Shown: piece after piece, positions 27,371-37,754 of the stretch
How the letters are laid out: every line of letters starts with the position of its first letter
Position numbering within the stretch: position 1 is the first letter of the stretch
Assembly (NCBI RefSeq): GCF_004010195.1
Contig: NC_057750.1
Coordinates: 18,452,542 to 18,514,541 of the forward strand
DNA length: 62,000 nt
From: Chiloscyllium plagiosum
Taxonomy: Eukaryota
Direction: 5' to 3'
Translations under genes and position numbers: made by a program
The notes under the pieces: model-generated
Seen by the model: only the letters and a program-made list of their open reading frames with translations
What the model was told of the DNA's origin: nothing
Database searches by the model: none

Positions 27371-28186
27371 ACCTTTGGCTCACCAAGTCTATGCTGACCT
27401 ACAAACACCAAACTATTCTAATTCCAGTTTTCTGCGCTTGGTCCATAGCCAACTGTGCCTTGGAATTTTAATTGCTTGTTCAGATAGCTCTTAAATGTTG
27501 CAAAAGTTCCTACCTCCACCGATCCTTTCAGGCTCCATATTTCTAGTACCTCCTGGGTGAAAAAAAGTCTTTCCTTAGATTCCCTTGAAACCATTCACTC
27601 CTCACCTTAAACCGCTGCCCTCTGGTCTTAAACATGTCTGCCATAGGAAACATGTTGTCACAATCTACCCAGTCTATGCCTCTTATAATTCTGTACACCT
27701 CAATCGGATCCCTCTTCAGCCTCATCTGCTCCAGGGAAAACAAACTGAGCCTATCCAGTTTCTCCTTATATCTGAGATTTTCCATCCCAGGAAACATCCT
27801 CATAAATCTACTCTGCGTCATCTGCAGTGCAATCATGTCCTTTTGAAGGTCTGGCAGCCAGAACTGCACAATGTATTCCAAAGTGGCCTAACCAATGTTT
27901 TATAAAGTTGCATCAAGACTTCCTTACTCCTCCATTGTTCATCCCAGCCAATGAAGGCAAGTATGCCTTCTTCAATATCTGGCACCTTCAGGGATCTATG
28001 GACTTCGACACCAAAGTCCTTTTGTTCCTCAGTACTCCATATAGACCTACCATTCATTGTGTATATCCTTCCCATATTAGACCTCCTAAAATGCATTACC
28101 TCATACTTATAAGGATTAAATTCCATCTGTTGAAACTTTATTGCTGGAACAGCACAGCAGGTCAGGCAGCATCCAGGGAACAGGAG

Positions 28187-28222
28187 ATTCGACGTTTCGG
28201 GCACAGGCCCTTCTTCAGGAAT
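28187..28222 (-). ncRNA. Minimal type-I hammerhead ribozyme motif, copy 1
   Basis: AUUC-CUGAAGA-A-GGGC(CUGU)GCCC-GAAA-CG-UC/GAAU: stem I AUUC:GAAU, 4-bp stem II, palindromic ACGU stem III. Confidence 0.8.
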
Positions 28223-28388
28223 GACTTGAGAGGCAGAGAGCTTCTTCAAGGAAGGCATCCTTGTAAGAGGATTCGCAGTAGGTTGAAATCTTCGAGGAGA
28301 AAGTGAGGTCTGCAGATGCTGGAGATCAAAGTTGAAACTTTATTGCTGGAACAGCACAGCAGGTCAGGCAGCATCCAGGGAACAGGAG

Positions 28389-28424
28389 ATTCGACGTTTC
28401 GGGCACAGGCCCTTCTTCAGGAAT
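28389..28424 (-). ncRNA. Minimal type-I hammerhead ribozyme motif, copy 2
   Basis: Identical to copy 1, 202 nt away in the same orientation. Confidence 0.8.
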
Positions 28425-29504
28425 GAGAAGAAGGGCCTGTGCCCGAAACGTCGAATCTCCTGTTCCCTGGATGCTGCCTGACCTGCTGTGCTGTTCCAGC
28501 AATAAAGTTTCAACTTTGATCTCCAGCATCTGCAGACCTCACTTTCTCCTTAAATTCCATCTGCCATTGCTCTGTCCAATTTACTAACTGACCAATATCA
28601 GACTGTAGGCTGAGACCATCCCCCTCATTATCAACAATACCATCAATTTTTGTGTTATCTGCAAATTTACTATTTGCACCATCTACATTCATATCTAAGT
28701 CGTTCATGTACATAACAAACAGCAAGGGTCCGACCACTGATCCCCGTGATACACCACTGGTTACAGTCTTCCAGTCACAAATCAACTCTTTATCATTTAA
28801 CTCACTACTTACAAGCCAAGTTTGGATCCAGTTTGCGAACGTACTTTGGTTCCCATGGGTTCTTATCTTTTGGACCAGCTTTTCATGTGGGACCTTGTTA
28901 AAGGCCTTACTGAAATCCATATAAGCCCCATCAATTGCATGGTCCTTATCAATATATTTTAAAACCTCAGATTAATTAGTCAGGCAGAATCTCCCACCAA
29001 TAAATCTATGCTGACAACCCCTGATCAAAACCTGTGCTTCTAAGTGTTGATTAATCCTGGCCCTCAGAACTTTTTCCAATAATTTCTCTACCATTGACAG
29101 TAGGCTAACTGGCCTGTAATTACATGCTGTACTTCTTGAACAAAAGAATCACATTAGCTACCCTCCAATCATCTGGCAATTCATCTGTGGCCAGTGAAGT
29201 ATAAAGTATTTTCTCCAGAGCCCCAGCAATCTCCTCCCTTGATTTCCATAGCTGTCTGAGATACTTCAATCAGGCCCTTGAGATTTATGCACCTTTATGC
29301 CCACTAATACATGTAAAAGCTCCTCCTTTTTAATCTCAACATGCTTTAGAACCTCACCATTCCAATTGAAATCTCCAGTGACAATCTGTCTCTCCTTTGT
29401 GAATACAAATTTGAAATATTCATTTTAGACCTCACCAACATTCTTTGGCTCCATACACAGAATGCCCCTTAGTCTCTAATAGGCCTTTCGCTGGTAGTAA
29501 TATA

Positions 29505-30025
29505 GTGCATAGAACATTTCAGCGCAGGAACAGGCCCTTTGCCAACCATGATGCCATTTGAAACCAATCCCATCTGCCTGCATGTAGTCTGGATCCCTCT
29601 ATTCCCAGCCTGTTCATGTGTCTTGTCTAAATGCCTCTTAAACATTGCTATTGCATCTGCTTCTCCCACGTCCCTGGCAATGTATTCTAGGTACCTACCA
29701 CCCTCTGTGAAAAACACGTATCTTGTTAATCTCCTTTAAACTTTTCCCCTTTCACCTTAAACCTATGCTTCCATGTGTTTGACATTTCCTACCTGGACAA
29801 GAGACTCCAACTATCTACCCTATCCACACCTCTCATAATTTTATATACTTTTTTCGGGTCGCCCCTCAGCCTCCAATGCTCTAGCGAGAGCAATCCAAAT
29901 TTGTCCAACCTTTCCTTAAAGCTCATGCAATCCAATCCAATAAACATCTTGGTACTCTCTTTTGCACTCTCTCCAAAACTTCCACATCCTTCCTTTAGTG
30001 TGGTGACCACAACTGCACACAATAA
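29505..30025 (-). mobile_element. CR1 LINE 3' fragment
   Basis: ORF 29789-30022 ERLDKFGLLSLEHWRLRGDP..VYKIMRGVDRVD. Confidence 0.88.
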
Positions 30026-30122
30026 TTCTCTTACACTTAATATACATATGAACTACTTTGGGATTTTCTGTAGGATTAGATCTAGCACTGTGCCATCTCG
30101 AGTTGGACCATCTCCATAGAGT

Positions 30123-30338
30123 TGAAAATGGGTTGCTGGAAAAGCGCAGCAGGTCAGGCAGCATCCAAAGAGCAGGAGAATCGACGTTTCGGGCATGAGC
30201 CCTTCTACAGGACTGAAGAAGGGCTCATGCCCGAAACGTCGATTCTCCTGCTCCTTGGATGCTGCCTGACCTGCTGCGCTTTTCCAGCAACCCATTTTCA
30301 GCTCTGATCTCCAGCATCTGCAGTCCTCACTTTCTCCT
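30123..30338 (+). mobile_element. Penelope pLTR fold-back mini-insertion with about 13-bp TSD and hammerhead remnants
   Basis: Inverted arms at about 30118-30210 and 30213-30305 with a few mismatches. TSD atctccatagagt at 30110-30122 and 30339-30351. CUGAAGA-A-GGGC(UCAU)GCCC-GAAACGUC at 30213-30240. Confidence 0.88.
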
Positions 30339-30344
30339 ATCTCC

Positions 30345-30510
30345 ATAGAGTCCCTACAATGTAGAAACAGGCCCTTCAGCCCAACAAGTCCACACCGACC
30401 CTCTGAAGAGTAACCCACCCAGACCCATTACCCCTACCCTATATTTAGCCCTAACTAATGCACCTAACCCCCACATCCCTGAACACTATGGACAATTTAG
30501 CACAGTCAAT
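30345..30510 (-). mobile_element. HE1-type SINE, 3' half
   Basis: Matches 59569-59700 and the reverse complement of 48490-48610. Confidence 0.8.
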
Positions 30511-31219
30511 TTTTGAAGAAAGTATTGCTTGTTGCAGTTTATGGATTGATTGGGATTTTGTGTTTGTTGATTTTGTCCATGGGCAGTTCCTCCATTTCTT
30601 TTGGCTCTCATGGTTCTTTATAATTTTTAGTAGCTTATCAAAAAATAGTGTTGGGTGGATGGTGTCATGAAATGGGTATCCTGTGATTTGTGAAACTTTT
30701 CTAGTGTTGCCACTTGTTGCTGGAGCCATTGCCCTGGGCCCATAGTTTCCCAGTGGGGTTAACCTCTGCTGCACTGAATGGATATTGTACACCTCGGTGG
30801 AGAAAGTTCCAGCATAGTGATCCTGTGCCATGGTATCTAGCTGTTGGTTTTCCCTGCTCTGTACTACTTTTTGGTTCCCTTCCTACTGTGCTTCTGGTGA
30901 TGGGTGATGTAGTGATGAGAGACAAACTGTATATGGCAACTAATTACGAAAAAGTTAACTGACACCAAAAGATGAGCTTTGCATGTTAGGATATAATGCA
31001 CTGATTGTGGGTTTAACCAATGTGTGTTTGCGTTTGTACCAATTCTAATTTGCCGTCCCATGTTCCTAACAATAATGTGTTCTTCCTCTAAAGTTCAGCC
31101 TGATACTTCACAAGAAACACTACTGTGTAATTTAAGGTGTAGTGTAACTAGTTATTAAATTCTATGTATAAACCTGTTTATCAGTAATGAGTCAATTTTC
31201 TGCCAAATACTTGGCATGG

Positions 31220-31790
31220 GCATCAACACCTGCATATTGAAATCCCCGATGATCACTGTAACTTTGCCTTCCCTACACATCCTTTCTATCTCCTGGTGTA
31301 ATTTGTACCCCAGCTCCTGACTACTATTTGGAGGTTTTTACATAACTCCAACTTTGTTTTTTTTTACCTTTGCAGTTCTTCAATTCTGCCCACACAGATT
31401 CTACACCATCTGAGCCTACTTTGTTTCTTACTATTGATTTAATTTCATTTCTTTCTAATAAGACAACTCCACCCCCTCTGCCCACATGCCTATCTTTTCA
31501 ATAGGATGCATATCCTTGAATTTTCAGTTCCCAATCCTGATCACCTTGCAGCCACATCTCTGTGATGCGTCATACCTGCCAATTTCATTGTGCACCACAA
31601 GCTCAATTACCCTATTCTTTATACTGTGTGCATTCAGATATAACACCTTCAGACATGTATTAACTGTCCCTCTTCTCATGGTCATTCATTTGTCCAGTGT
31701 GCTTGAAGTTTGATTGCTAATCCTTTCCATACACTCTCTTTTATTTGTGCCTGTGCTGGAGATTTTAATAACCTTTCCTGAGTTCTGCAC
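31220..31790 (-). mobile_element. CR1 endonuclease-region fragment
   Basis: Minus strand reads ...VIIGDFNMQV... near 31235-31260, an APE endonuclease motif. Confidence 0.65.
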
Positions 31791-32689
31791 AATTCCAAGG
31801 CCATGATCAGACAGCACTATCTGAGAATTGCACTACGCCTGTGTCTGTCTGTATATCATGAGTTTACCTGGCAGCCACAGTAGGTCGAGTTCTGTGGGAG
31901 CTTTGTCCTGGCTGTTGAAGTTATTGTGGCTTGATTTTTTTCTGAGCTTGCATTTACTACTTTTGCAAAACACTTTAAAATTGTTCGCTCTTCTTCTCGA
32001 TCGTTTTATAAGCAGGAACAATTTTTCCTTATCTATCCTGTCTTGGAGCTTTTCTCTTGATTGGTTTTGGACACTATTGTGCTTTTTATAAAGGTTAACA
32101 TTACACTCATATAATCTGGTCACTGTGGTGATCTATCAAGAGATCTTCAGTTCTACAAAGTCCACAAAATTGGAAGAACAGAATGGAGGACAAGGTTCTG
32201 ATTTCTTCTGAGACTGCTTTCCTTGTTGAGGCTTGTTATGCGGTGGCTACTTGATTAATATTACACTTTTATAAATATGTATTATGTACAAAGCTAGTTT
32301 ACACATCAAGATGATCCCATGGAGCATAAGCCCCTAAACACTCCAACACTCTGCATTGATCGCTGAATACATTCATGATGGTTCATTTGCTCAATGCATG
32401 TACCCCCAAAGTACAGGCTTGACTGTTAATCACTATCTGTCTGATGAAAATGTTGACTGCTTCCACAGTCTGGCTCCATGTACCTATGGCTTTAAGATGC
32501 TGTCCAAAGGGAACATTTGGTTTGAGCCATGATGGTGAAAGCTTGTTGTATAAGTAATGGTACCAAGGATGGAAGAAGAGAGCACCAACACAGCTGAACC
32601 CATATCCCTCATGCTCACAGATGTCAGTAGATTCAATTAGCATCATGGAGCATAGCCAATATTTCCTTTTTAAGGAGAGAGTAATTGAG

Positions 32690-34020
32690 GCCAATTACAG
32701 AATCGTTATAGCACAGAAATAGGCCAAGTGGCCCATTATATTCAGCTCTGGTTTCCTGAGCATTATAACTTGGTGTCAATCTCCTGCCTTTTACCTGCTC
32801 CCTTGCAGATTATTCCTATTTACTGTCTTCCAATTCCTTCGTGAAGTCTTCATTTGAACCTGCATCTGGCATGCTCCCAGGCAGTGCATTCCTGATCCCT
32901 AGTTACTTGCTGCGTGAAAAAAAAGACACCTCACATTTGCTGTTTTACTCTCAAAAGTATGCCCTCTCATTCTTGATCCTTTTATAAGCAGGAAGAGTTC
33001 CTCCCCATCTACTCTAACTTGACCTCTCATGATTTTGAAAACTACTATCAAATCTCATCTTAGCTTCAGTGATAGAGCTTCACAGCATGGAATTGGGCCA
33101 TCCGCCTCCCTGTGATTCATTTGTCGTCAAGGACCAATCTACTCTAGTGTCATTTTACAGCACTTGGTCCATCTGCCACGATCACCTAATGATTTTTAAA
33201 TGTTGTGATGGTTCCTGCTTCTCCTACCTTTTCAGGTAGTGAGTTCCAGATACCCACCACCCTCCAGGTGAAAAAAACTTAAATCCTCTCCGAATCTCCT
33301 GCTCCTTCCCTTAAATCTTTGCCTCTTGTTATTGACTCCTGTACAATGGGGAAAATATTCTTCTTATCTACCCTATGTGCACCCTTCATAATTTTGTGTA
33401 CCGCAATCAGATCTCCCCTCAACCATCTCTACTCTAAGGAAAACAATTCCAGCATATCTAGTCTCTCCACGTAGCTGAATTTCTCTAGACTGTATAGCAT
33501 CTTGGTAAATCACCTCTGCTTTCTGCGGCAATCAGGCCTTTCCCATATTGCAATGACCCGAAGTGCACATAGTACTCTACCTGTGGCCTAACAAATATCT
33601 TAGATAGCTCCATCATAACATCCCTGCTCTCAACTAAAGGATAGTATACCAATTGCCTCTGAACCACCTAATCCATAAAACCATAAGAAATAGGAACAAG
33701 AGTAGTCCATTTGACCCCTTGACCCCATTCTGCCATTCAATAGGATCATGGCTTATCCACCTGTCCTTGTGCCTCAAGGATCTATGGACATCCAGACCAA
33801 AGTCCCTCTGATCCTTGGTATTTCCGAGGTCTTATCATGCATTGTGAACTTCCTTGCCTCGTTCTTTCTCCCAAAATGCATCACCCCACACCTTTCAGGA
33901 TTTAATTTCATTTGCTATTGTTCAGCCCATCTGACTAGCTCATCTTCATCACCCTGCAATCTAAGGCTGTTTGCCGCACCACCAAGTTTTGTGTCATCTA
34001 TGAAACGTATTGATCAAACT
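32690..34020 (-). mobile_element. Stack of CR1 fragments
   Basis: Three CR1-type tails (about 32695, 33070, 33675); ORF 33485-33667 DVMMELSKIFVRPQVEYYVHF. Confidence 0.75.
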
Positions 34021-34319
34021 TCATATCATGTGGTCCACCAGAGGAGGTTAGGGTTAAAATTCAGGCTATAGACTTGATAGAAACTCATAGTCACCAACCT
34101 GAAGGTTAATCTACCTCTTATTATGATCTGCCAACTCTGGAGTCTATTATTTGACACTTTCTCCTTCCACCTTAGACCATTCCACTTGTACATTTGTGCC
34201 ATTGGTCCATTCTCTATGGTCACTGCTTTTCCAAGACAACTAGAAAGTGACAAGTCTATAATGGATGGTTGGATTAATCTTGAGGTTTCATCAAACACTC
34301 TCTTCCAGACTTTCCCATG

Positions 34320-34640
34320 CTGACAATGAAGTAGGCTGCTTTGTCCTGGATGATGTCAAGCTTCTTGAGTGTTATTAGTATTGCACTGATCTAGGCATTG
34401 AACCCCTGACCTGTGCCTTGCAGATGGTGGACAGATGTTGGGTGTCAGGAGCTGAGTTACTTGTTCCAGAATTCCTAGCCTCTGATCTGCTGTTATTTAT
34501 ATATCTGATCCAGTTCATCTTCTGTTCAATATTAGCCCCAAGATGTTAGGATAGTAAGGGATTTAGCAAAGTTAACTTCATTGAGCAACAATGGCTATAG
34601 TTAGATTCTCTCTATTTTGAGATGGTCATTGCTTTTATGT
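34320..34640 (-). mobile_element. LINE family B fragment
   Basis: Similar to 7290-7430 (ctgctttgtcctgg...tgtgccttg.agat..tggacag). Confidence 0.65.
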
Positions 34641-35825
34641 AGAGACAAAGAAAACTGCAGGTGCTGGAATCCAAAGTAGACAAGCAGGAGGCTAGAAGAA
34701 CACAGCAAGACAGGGCAGCATCAGGAGGTGGAGAAGTTGACATTTCAGGTATAATGTTTCTTCAGGAATCTGGGTGGGTGTAGGGGGAGCTACAGATATA
34801 AGGGTGGTGGGGGAAGGTGATGAAATGGGGATAGATGAATTCAGGCAGAGAGTTTGACCTGGTTGGTCAATGGAAGCAATGAATTCAGTAGGAGGCTGGG
34901 AGGAGTGGAAGGGAGGGGGAGGGGTTGGGAAGGGAGTCAGAGGAAGGGAAGGGAAGTTATTTGAAATTGGAGAACTCAATGTTGAGTCTTCTAGACTGTA
35001 GGCTGTCCAGGTGGAAGATGAGGTGTTGTTCCTCCAATTTACAGCTTGTGTCATTGTGGCAATGGAGGACGCCAAGGATGGTCATGTTGTTTAGAGAGTG
35101 GGGAGGGGAATTAAAATGGGTGATAACTGGGAGGTCTGGTCAGCCCCTGCAGGCCTGATGGAGATGCTTGGTGAGCCTTTTCCTTAATTTACATTTGGTC
35201 TCCCCGATGTAGAGAAGAGCACATCGGGAGCACCTGTTGCAGTAAACTAGGTTGGAAGAGAGGCAGGTGAAACTGTGTCTCACCTGGATGGAGATGAGGG
35301 AGGTGGTGTGCTGGTAGGTTTTGTGTCTTTTCGGGTTGCAGGGGAAGATACCTAGGGGTTCAGGGGAGTTGGTGGGGAGAGTGGCACAAACTAAGCACTA
35401 TCAAAGGGACCGGTCCTTGCAAAAGGCAGAGAGGAGTGGGGACGGGAAGATGTTCTTGGTAGTGGAGTCTAGTTGGAGTTGGCAGAACTGTTTAAGGATG
35501 ATGCATGGATGCGGAGACTGGTGGGGTGAGGTGAGGGCAAGGTGGACTCTGTCTTTTCTGCATTTGGCAAGGGAGACAGGTTTAGAGCAGTGGAATGGGG
35601 AATGGAGGTGGTGCAGTGGAGGGCTGTCTAGATGACAGAGAGGGGAAAAGCACATTGTTCGAAACAGGTGGACATCTGGGATGCTTGGGAGTGGAATGTC
35701 TCCTTGTCTGAGCAGATGGGGTGGAGGTGGAGGAATTGGGAGAATGGGATGGAGTTCTTTCAGGATACTGGGTGGGAAGAGGTGTAGTCCACGTAATTGT
35801 GAGAGTCTGTGCATTTGGAGTAAAC
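34640..35825 (-). mobile_element. Penelope-like element 3' part (RT end, GIY-YIG region, pLTR)
   Basis: pLTR-like ctgcaggtgctggaatc...cagcatcagg at 34655-34770. GIY-YIG-like VYCNRCSRCALLYIGET on the minus strand near 35195-35250. Homologous to 58270-58780. Confidence 0.8.
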
Positions 35826-36798
35826 CCATTACACAGTGGGTAAAAAGGTAATGTAAAATACCTTTCTCCAGTTACCAAGGTGACCAATTAAACACCTTCC
35901 CCATGTTAGGTTTTAAGTAAGATCTATCAACCAGATTTCTTAATAAGCAAAATTATTTATTAATTATCAAAAGAGAACTCATTCAATGCAGATGCAGATG
36001 CAATAATTGCTTAATATACAGTCAGTAATAAAGATGTATACATGCTCAACACTCTAAATATCCTCAAAACACAATTGACACACACACACTTCAGGAAAAT
36101 AAAGAAGCACAAATTTATCTGCAAAGATTGGCATTATTAAAAAAAAACACCACCCAATGGACTGTTTCTGAAGGCCAAGAGATAAAAACATAGGATATTA
36201 CCAAAGTCAATTGCTCTGATATTCTGCCATGTGTGGTCAAATCACTAACCATGAACAGTTATCTCTGAAATCATGCAGACACCGTTGCGTAAACTTTCAA
36301 CATCTCTAGAAAAATGCAGGTATTTCCACAAAAAATGTGAAATAAATCCATTTTCCACAATCATAGAGTCATAGAGATGTACAGCACGGAAACAGACCCT
36401 TCGGTCCAACTCGTCCATGCCGACCAGTTATCCCAACCCAATGTAGTCCCACCTGCCAGCACCTGGCCCAAACCTTTCTTATTCATAAATCCATCCAGAT
36501 GCCTTTTAAATGTTGCAATTGTTATCGCCTCCATCACTTCCTCTGGCAGCTCATTCCATACACGTACCACACTCTGTGTGAACAATTTGCCCCTTAGGTC
36601 TCTTTTATATCTTTCCCTTCACCGTCAACCCATACCCTCGAGTTCTGGAAGTTGTGTATCCAAATGGTATAGTTCTCCCTGTAGTCCATGAGATCTAACC
36701 TTACTAACCAGTGTCCCATGGGAAACCTTGCCAAATGCTTAAATCCTTCAGAATTTAAGTCCTCCAAACAACAGCAAACCCAAGACATCTTTGTGACA
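35826..36798. mobile_element. Possible solo-LTR-like sequence, interrupted by a CR1/HER1 tail
   Basis: Ends ...tgtgaca; loosely similar to 8325-9141. Confidence 0.3.
36360..36650 (-). mobile_element. CR1/HER1 3' end
   Basis: ORF 36361-36585 FTQSVVRVWNELPEEVMEAITIATFKRHLDG. Confidence 0.92.
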
Positions 36799-36814
36799 CC
36801 ATTGGCTTCAATTT

Positions 36815-37745
36815 TGCCAGAGTTCTGTAATATTGCACTTGGTCAAGTATTGCATTGATATCATTCTCACATCACTTCTGGAGTTCAGCTCTTTTGCCCA
36901 AGTTTACCCGAGGTTATGCTGAGTGATCCTGTCAGAATTCACCTGAACATCAGTGTATAGTCGTTGGTGTACAAGTGCTGCTTGATAGCATTGTTAACAA
37001 TCTTTTCTAACATTTATCAAGGGTAGACTGATGAGACGGAAATTGACTGGGTTGGAGTGTGAAAATGACATGGCATGAATTGACTTGGCGCAAGATTAAC
37101 ATCTGTGATGGTGGAGACCTCTGGAACAGGCCAAGACTAATCATCCACTCAGCAGTTCTGGCTGACTATTGTTGCAAATGCTTCAGCTTTTTCTTTTATA
37201 CCGATGGTCTGGGCTCCCACATTCTCAATGGGGGAATATCCAAACAGTTGTCTCCTCCTGTTAGTTTTTTAATTGTCCACTACCATTCAAGACTGGATGT
37301 GACAGGACTGTAGAGTTTAGATCTGGTTTGTTGGTTGTGGAATCACTTAGTCCTTGCCTGATGCTTCCTGCTTCCTTTGTTTGACATGTATCATGTCCTG
37401 TGATGTGACTTCACCAGTATGACACCAAAACTGTCCCATTTAGCTCAATGGAACTTTCATACAACGTGGTACATGGTACCCTGAATGTAATGAATCAAAT
37501 TCTTCTCCACAAGGAGTGTGAGATACCATTCCAACAAATACTGTCATGTACTATTGCATCAGGGACAAATAGATTGTGAAAGTGACTTTAAATAGAGTTT
37601 TCCTTTTGTTTTTTCCCTCACCACCACTACAGACCCAGTCTGGCAGCTCTGTTGTTCAGGACTCAACCAACTTGGGCAATAGTGTTGCTGAGCCACTCCC
37701 TGTCAGTGTTTCTTCCAATTTGTGCTCAACATCAGCTGAGTATGG
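36815..37745 (-). mobile_element. Decayed LINE family B internal fragment (probably continues at 39600-39930)
   Basis: LINE RT/EN-like sequence flanks the minisatellite element on both sides (...gagtatggttcggtggtag | agtggtggtgagtagtagg...). Confidence 0.5.
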
Positions 37746-37754
37746 TTCGGTGGT

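Larger units (their letters stand above)
28130..28549 (-). mobile_element. Young Penelope-derived mini-element: tandem 202-bp units plus an inverted pLTR, 14-bp TSD
   Basis: TSD ttaaattccatctg at 28116-28129 and 28550-28563. Direct repeats begin at 28129 and 28331. Apparently perfect 124-bp inverted arms at 28295-28418 and 28427-28550. The spacer 28225-28294 resembles the PLE ORF start at 58060-58125. Confidence 0.9.
27370..29480 (-). mobile_element. CR1 LINE (RT and C-terminus), interrupted by the PLE mini-insertion at 28130-28549
   Basis: ORF 28510-28920 DFSKAFNKVPH...SGVSRGSVVGP...SKFADNTKI; ORF 27543-27881. Confidence 0.92.

Noticed and set aside
28295..28550. MITE/DNA transposon or miRNA precursor interpretation of the palindromes
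   Set aside because: The arms are PLE pLTR sequence that also occurs un-inverted next to a PLE ORF (58127-58212) and alone (61358-61454). The inserts are asymmetric and have long TSDs.
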